A program made the translations under genes and the position numbers. The notes beneath the pieces were generated by a model. It was not told where the DNA came from, did not search any database, and saw only the letters and a program-made list of their open reading frames with translations. A stretch of DNA of 64,000 bases from an uncultured bacterium. Lineage in GTDB: Bacteria > Armatimonadota > Hebobacteria > CAIYQO01. Numbering within the stretch: the first letter of the stretch is position 1; every line of letters starts with the position of its first letter. This document shows positions 58,597 through 64,000 of this stretch, piece by piece. The stretch covers positions 18,660 to 82,659 of the forward strand of contig CAZPYA010000001.1 of the NCBI GenBank assembly GCA_964590255.1. The letters run 5' to 3'.

Positions 58597-59361
58597 TTAG
58601 ACTATACTAATCGAAATATTTGTAGTATATTGATCCATTGTAGCTACAGCTTCTCCTCCAGTAAATACCCACGCACGGAGTAACATATATGCATCGATAT
58701 ACAGTTTACCTTTTCCAATTCCACTATCATTATAAAAGAAACCTTGTATCTCGCGCGAATATGGATGAAGTGCAACTCCGGTTAAAAATATAGCATGATC
58801 AGCAATATACTCACTGCTTTCCCATCGATCAAAGGAAGATAGATTCATAATTAAGTTATGCCAATCAATCCCAGATCTTCCTTGATTTGCGTGGTAAGAT
58901 GATGAAATATCATCAATAATTTCATTGTTTGTTGATAATATAATGCCGTGACCATCAATAATCATATTTGATAGCCATGCTAATTCCATGTGAGTGTAGG
59001 GGTGAGATTTCATTCCAAAATGATTTAATATCGATACCCACTGCTTAGATGTAGAACCGCCTTCATCATCACAGTAATTCATATCACGAGCATATTCAAC
59101 GATTTCATCTTCAGTGACATATTTCCCAAAACTATTGAGAAGTTGCTCACATGCGACTAAACCACAAGTTCCTTCCATGTCATAGCAGTTATCTCCTTGC
59201 ATGTGACACAATGGCGCAAATGCATGCGGGTATCCATAAACGATTACCTGTCGACTATCATCTAAATAGTGAAGATATGGGGTGGAAAAATCTGATAGTC
59301 GATTATATTGGCATAAACACTTTTCACTTATTTGGACGAGTGACTCCAGTTCGAGTTGCAT
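58597..59361 (-). CDS. papain-fold cysteine-peptidase-like protein (C39-like; Cys-His-Asn/Asp arrangement), AT-rich foreign gene
   Basis: 254 aa from the ATG at rc 59359-59361 with an AAGGAGA RBS. Candidate catalytic residues: Cys in GTCGLVACEQLLNSFG, His in ADHAIFLTGV, then FYNDSG. This resembles the C39/C39-like peptidase signature (GHxvVLtG...nDP). GC by eye about 35-40%. Confidence 0.5.
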   Translation of the reverse strand: MQLELESLVQISEKCLCQYNRLSDFSTPYLHYLDDSRQVIVYGYPHAFAPLCHMQGDNCYDMEGTCGLVACEQLLNSFGKYVTEDEIVEYARDMNYCDDEGGSTSKQWVSILNHFGMKSHPYTHMELAWLSNMIIDGHGIILSTNNEIIDDISSSYHANQGRSGIDWHNLIMNLSSFDRWESSEYIADHAIFLTGVALHPYSREIQGFFYNDSGIGKGKLYIDAYMLLRAWVFTGGEAVATMDQYTTNISISIV

Positions 59362-59407
59362 AATATCTCCTTTTACGCGCAAGGCGCGATAAACCAAGTT
59401 TGTCTAA

Positions 59408-59962
59408 TTAGCGTTTCGTAACTATTCCGTTGTATGATATTTTCCATGTATTTACAGATCGATTCGGTACAGTCGGTTCTTTCCAATATCTATTGATAAT
59501 AGCTGAATCATCAATCTCGGATGTATAAAAGAAATAATCGCATGCGTCATATAATGAAATGCCAACCGATTTCTTTACACCAATGCCTATAACAGTTCGC
59601 TGTGACGATCTTAAACACTTAGCTGCATACGTAAAATCGCTATCTCCTGAGAATATAGCTACCATTTTTACATCATTGCAGACATCAATAATATACTGAC
59701 AATACATAGCCATCATCATATCGGCTGCATTTTTACCCCGATAATTATTTTCAATAGGTTTTTTCTGGATTGCTAGTTCTGCAAACTCACTCATGAATTG
59801 TACGCAAGATGGTTTATTCCAATGCCCATATGCTATTGCATCAATAGAATATCCACGTTTAGCAACAGCAGAAAAGAATGGTTTAAATGAAAAATCATCT
59901 TTTGAATTGAGAAATAAATTTTCTGCATCAATGAGAATTACCGCTTTTTTATTCGTGTTCAT
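59408..59962 (-). CDS. NYN (LabA/DUF88-like) nuclease-domain protein, AT-rich foreign gene
   Basis: 184 aa from the ATG at rc 59960-59962 (RBS GGAGAAAG). KAVILIDAENL (first catalytic Asp), GKNAADMMMAM and IFSGDSDF match the conserved NYN/LabA acidic motifs. 46 bp upstream of, and co-directional with, the peptidase-like gene. Confidence 0.7.
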   Translation of the reverse strand: MNTNKKAVILIDAENLFLNSKDDFSFKPFFSAVAKRGYSIDAIAYGHWNKPSCVQFMSEFAELAIQKKPIENNYRGKNAADMMMAMYCQYIIDVCNDVKMVAIFSGDSDFTYAAKCLRSSQRTVIGIGVKKSVGISLYDACDYFFYTSEIDDSAIINRYWKEPTVPNRSVNTWKISYNGIVTKR

Positions 59963-59964
59963 TT

Positions 59965-60022
59965 AGGCTTTCTCCAAAAAAATAAAATAAAAAAATACCT
60001 CGCAGAAAAAATCTTGCGAGAT
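59965..60022. terminator. bidirectional intrinsic terminator-like hairpin (ctcgcag-aaaaaatc-ttgcgag) flanked by A-run (left) and T-run (right), sitting in the 5' leader of the NYN gene
   Basis: On the minus strand the hairpin is followed by UAUUUUUUUAUUUUAUUUUUUU, then the RBS and start codon. On the plus strand it is followed by auauuuuuuauuucc. Confidence 0.6.
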
Positions 60023-60406
60023 ATTTTTTATTTCCCTGCAACATTAAATAATTTTCAATGCAGCGGGATACTAGATGTTGTTCTCCCCCGAAGGAAGATT
60101 AGCCTGGTAAGGCCGGCGAGAGCATATTGGATACGCCGCCGCAACCCCATGACCAAATCATATCCTATGCCTCTCCCCTTGTCAATAGGTATTTGGGCCA
60201 ATATACAATCTTTTTCTACCTGGACTTATTGTCCGCAGGCTCTGTTAATCATGACACATGAAATGGATATATCGGTGCTGTCTGGCGTATGAATCAGGTA
60301 CCATGCTTACCCAGCCTGACATCAACCCGTCTGGAGTCTGGTATCAAAGCATCGGCCCCCGGTTTCCCAGGGGCCGTGGGGTCAGGTGGAGCTGAATCAG
60401 CAGAGG

Positions 60407-61228
60407 TTACTTCTGGTCGCGCACGTCCAGTTTCACGTCCGCGCGATTGAACTCCACGTGGGTATCGCTGGTGAAGGCGGCCTGTTTGTTCACCACGGGC
60501 ACGGTCTTTGTCATCGGGCCGGCGACTTTTGTGTTGTCTCGGTACAGGTTGACGGTGAGCATCACTTTGCCGTCCGCCGGCGGCACGGCGCGGCGGCCGT
60601 TCCAGCGCAGGGTGAGCATGGAGCCATCCAGCCGGTAGAGGCGGGTGCGGCGTACTTTTCCCACGTTCAGGCGGTAGGAGTTGGGCAGCGTCCAGCTTGC
60701 CGGACGGCCGGCGTGCACGCTGAACTGCACGTCAAAACCGGTGATGCGCAGCCGGCAGGGCAGCGCGCGGGTCAGCGCCTGCGCGTCGTCCTCCAGGTTC
60801 AGCGCGGTGTCGGGACTCAGCCGGATGGCGTGGGTGCCGGCGGGCAGCGCCGCCGACTGCAGGCTGGTCACCTGCGAAGCATTTTTCACCAGGATCATGC
60901 TGCCGGCGGCGGCGCCGGTGTTGCCCAGGTCCACGTCCAGCTTCGGCGCGGCGCCATCCGTGGTGATGGTGTTGCCTTCCGACGTTTCCATGGTCGGGCC
61001 GGGCAGCGTGGCGACCGCCTCTGTCGAGTCGGCGGGCTTCACGACGGCGTCGGCCAGCGTGGCGTCAGTCACGTCTGCCGGATCTTCCAGCGTCGTGGTG
61101 AAGGCGACCGGCTCTACCACTTCACTGATCGCTGTGCTGTCGGATGCGCAGCCATAGAGCATGAAGCCAACGAGCACAATGGCGAGCAGACCCCCGAACG
61201 TGCGGCAGACGGATGCGAGATCGAACAT
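60407..61228 (-). CDS. hypothetical lipoprotein
   Basis: MFDLASVCRTFGGLLAIVLVGFMLYGCASD lipobox, ATG at rc 61226-61228 with an AAGGGGGAA RBS. Native-like GC. Confidence 0.5.
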   Translation of the reverse strand: MFDLASVCRTFGGLLAIVLVGFMLYGCASDSTAISEVVEPVAFTTTLEDPADVTDATLADAVVKPADSTEAVATLPGPTMETSEGNTITTDGAAPKLDVDLGNTGAAAGSMILVKNASQVTSLQSAALPAGTHAIRLSPDTALNLEDDAQALTRALPCRLRITGFDVQFSVHAGRPASWTLPNSYRLNVGKVRRTRLYRLDGSMLTLRWNGRRAVPPADGKVMLTVNLYRDNTKVAGPMTKTVPVVNKQAAFTSDTHVEFNRADVKLDVRDQK

Positions 61229-61461
61229 GTGGTTCCCCCTTGAGTTGAATTCAGGCGTAATACGAGTGCAATAACTGGACACGTCAGCTGCAGCCGAAAG
61301 GGGGAGGGATCGGCTCTCGCCACACCGGGAGAAGATGCGGTCACATGGTTATTCCACGGATCGGGGGTTTATGAGAGATAACATGAGAAAATATATAATT
61401 GATGTTAACTATACGAGGGGTTGGTATGGTATGGGACGCGAAAGTGGGACATTGTGCCTAA

Positions 61462-64000
<2,539 letters not shown>

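Noticed and set aside
60014-60292. 92-aa plus-strand ORF right of the AT-rich island
   Set aside because: It starts inside the terminator hairpin, has no RBS, and its composition shifts mid-ORF. It is more likely an untranslated leader/spacer.

Overview
This is a high-GC (by eye about 65-70%) bacterial chromosomal segment with a housekeeping core and several glycan-utilisation clusters. Core genes: rsmG (partial) with mnmG, galE, rpoD, a YgiQ radical-SAM protein, an RNase-J-like beta-CASP hydrolase, and an SPFH/band-7 protein. Glycan genes: a CE7-type acetyl-xylan-esterase-like protein, an N-acylglucosamine-2-epimerase family protein, a GH-like TIM-barrel protein, DUF4434, a sulfatase, a heparinase II/III-like lyase, and a GH2 beta-galactosidase running off the window end. 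Also present are many secreted, lipoprotein and membrane proteins, plus a DUF1559 prepilin-type protein. The gene content suggests a PVC, Armatimonadota or Chloroflexota-like heterotroph, but the taxon is not resolved. Intergenic regions carry many dispersed repeats: two MITE-like families with terminal inverted repeats (TIR), one with clear target-site duplications (TSD); a GC-rich hairpin family (CCCCTCTCC...GGAGAGGGG); a REP/BIME-like hairpin (GCGGATTnCAAATCCGC), including a 4-unit tandem array; and others. Three compositionally atypical, lower-GC islands stand out. The most striking is a ~1.5 kb AT-rich (by eye about 35-40% GC) two-gene cassette at ~58.5-60.05 kb. It encodes a NYN/LabA-like nuclease-domain protein and a papain-fold (C39-like) cysteine-peptidase-like protein, sits behind a leader terminator, and is my best candidate for a novel horizontally acquired defence or toxin module. 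A second island (9.4-14.0 kb) carries a divergent pair: a DUF1559 pseudopilin fused to a TolB-like propeller, and a nucleotide-cyclase/NB-ARC/TPR STAND-type protein. No tRNA, rRNA or CRISPR array was found.
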